A DNA stretch of 64,000 nt, from assembly GCF_001194135.2 (NCBI RefSeq), contig NC_068987.1, positions 14,845,806 to 14,909,805 of the forward strand, read 5' to 3'. Source of the DNA: Octopus bimaculoides. Lineage: Eukaryota. Of the stretch, positions 63,127 through 64,000 are shown one piece after another (position 1 is the stretch's first letter; every line of letters starts with the position of its first letter). The notes beneath the pieces are model-generated. The model ran no database searches. It worked only from the letters and a program-made list of their open reading frames with translations, and had not been told where the DNA came from. The position numbers and the translations under genes are program-made.

Positions 63127-63589
63127 TGTACACACTGGCATACATATCTGAAGCCATTGAAAAAATTTATATTAAATAAAATTATATGAAATAAAATATC
63201 TTTAAAAGGGAAGTCAAGTTACGAATAGTTAGAAGAAATCAATCAAATGGAATATACTCTACAGAAAGAATAAATTACAGTGTTTTAATTGCGGAAGTTA
63301 CATATCAAGATAGAAAATTACAGTGAATTTCGAACTTGTCAGGGAAAGAGCGTTTACAACCTAATTATTAGGAAAAACAAAATTTTGGAAGGGGAATCAT
63401 TAAAATACCGTAAGGTGTCGAAGCGATTAACAATAATGCAGCTATAGCAGAAATGGAATGACAGAGGCTGAGAGAACCACAAAATAGCTGCACTACAGGT
63501 TTTTTGTATGAGTTTGCTTTCTCCTAGAAGGAAATTCTAACTATAACTAGGGGCCCTTCACTCCCAGTGGTGCCACATGATAGTTAAAC

Positions 63590-63745
63590 GATAAATGGGA
63601 CTCTAACAGGTTGTTCTACTCTGGGTCAGATTAGACCTGGGAACAATGTTGGCTAAGAGGTTTATTTCATGCTCCCCAAAATCATGGAACCCCTGTACAA
63701 GGGCGCCTGTACCTGATGCCGTTTAAAGTCATAGCCAGGACATAC
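63590..63745. mobile_element. Probable diverged dispersed repeat fragment
   Basis: atgggactctaacagg...ctctgggtcagattagacctggga...gtttaaagtcatagccaggaca looks like a retroposon fragment; only one copy in the window. Confidence 0.35.
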
Positions 63746-63964
63746 GTAGATACATACATACATACATACATACATACATACATACATACATACATACATG
63801 CATATATACGAATGGTTGCTCGTCTAAGTATGTACGTATGTTAGCGTAATATAACGTTCATTTTACCCCAGAGATTTGGAGGAGCAAATGCAATAGTAAT
63901 CACTGAAAATCGAATATGATCCATGGATTTTGGAGCTTCTAACATACGATGCATATATACATAT

Positions 63965-64000
<36 letters not shown>

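Overview
AT-rich animal genomic DNA, very rich in microsatellites and interrupted by about 17 N-gaps. The SINE families and microsatellite density suggest an octopus or other cephalopod draft assembly (inference). No host protein-coding gene, rRNA, true tRNA or CRISPR array can be supported, and nearly all ORFs in the track are microsatellite or gap artefacts. The window is intron-like or intergenic and is largely built from transposon debris: (i) several tRNA-headed SINE families, here labelled A, B and C plus a hammerhead-bearing family, with shuffled heads and tails; (ii) four relics of REL-endonuclease non-LTR retrotransposons (R4/Dong-like and a second family); (iii) Tc1, mariner, pogo/Tigger, Mutator, hAT and Helitron relics, a Penelope-like 3' end and a gag/ORF1 zinc-knuckle relic. 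The main hidden signal is a set of minimal type I hammerhead ribozyme motifs on unrelated scaffolds. One with an intact core (49632-49677, minus strand) sits in the 3' half of a tRNA-headed SINE bounded by a 26-bp inverted repeat, and a second copy of that family lies at 26985-27030. Another lies about 200 nt downstream of the ORF end of a REL-type LINE (39052-39105), a position where a hammerhead is not expected. Element names come from by-eye translation and motif recognition, not database searches, and boundaries are approximate unless a TSD or TIR is quoted.
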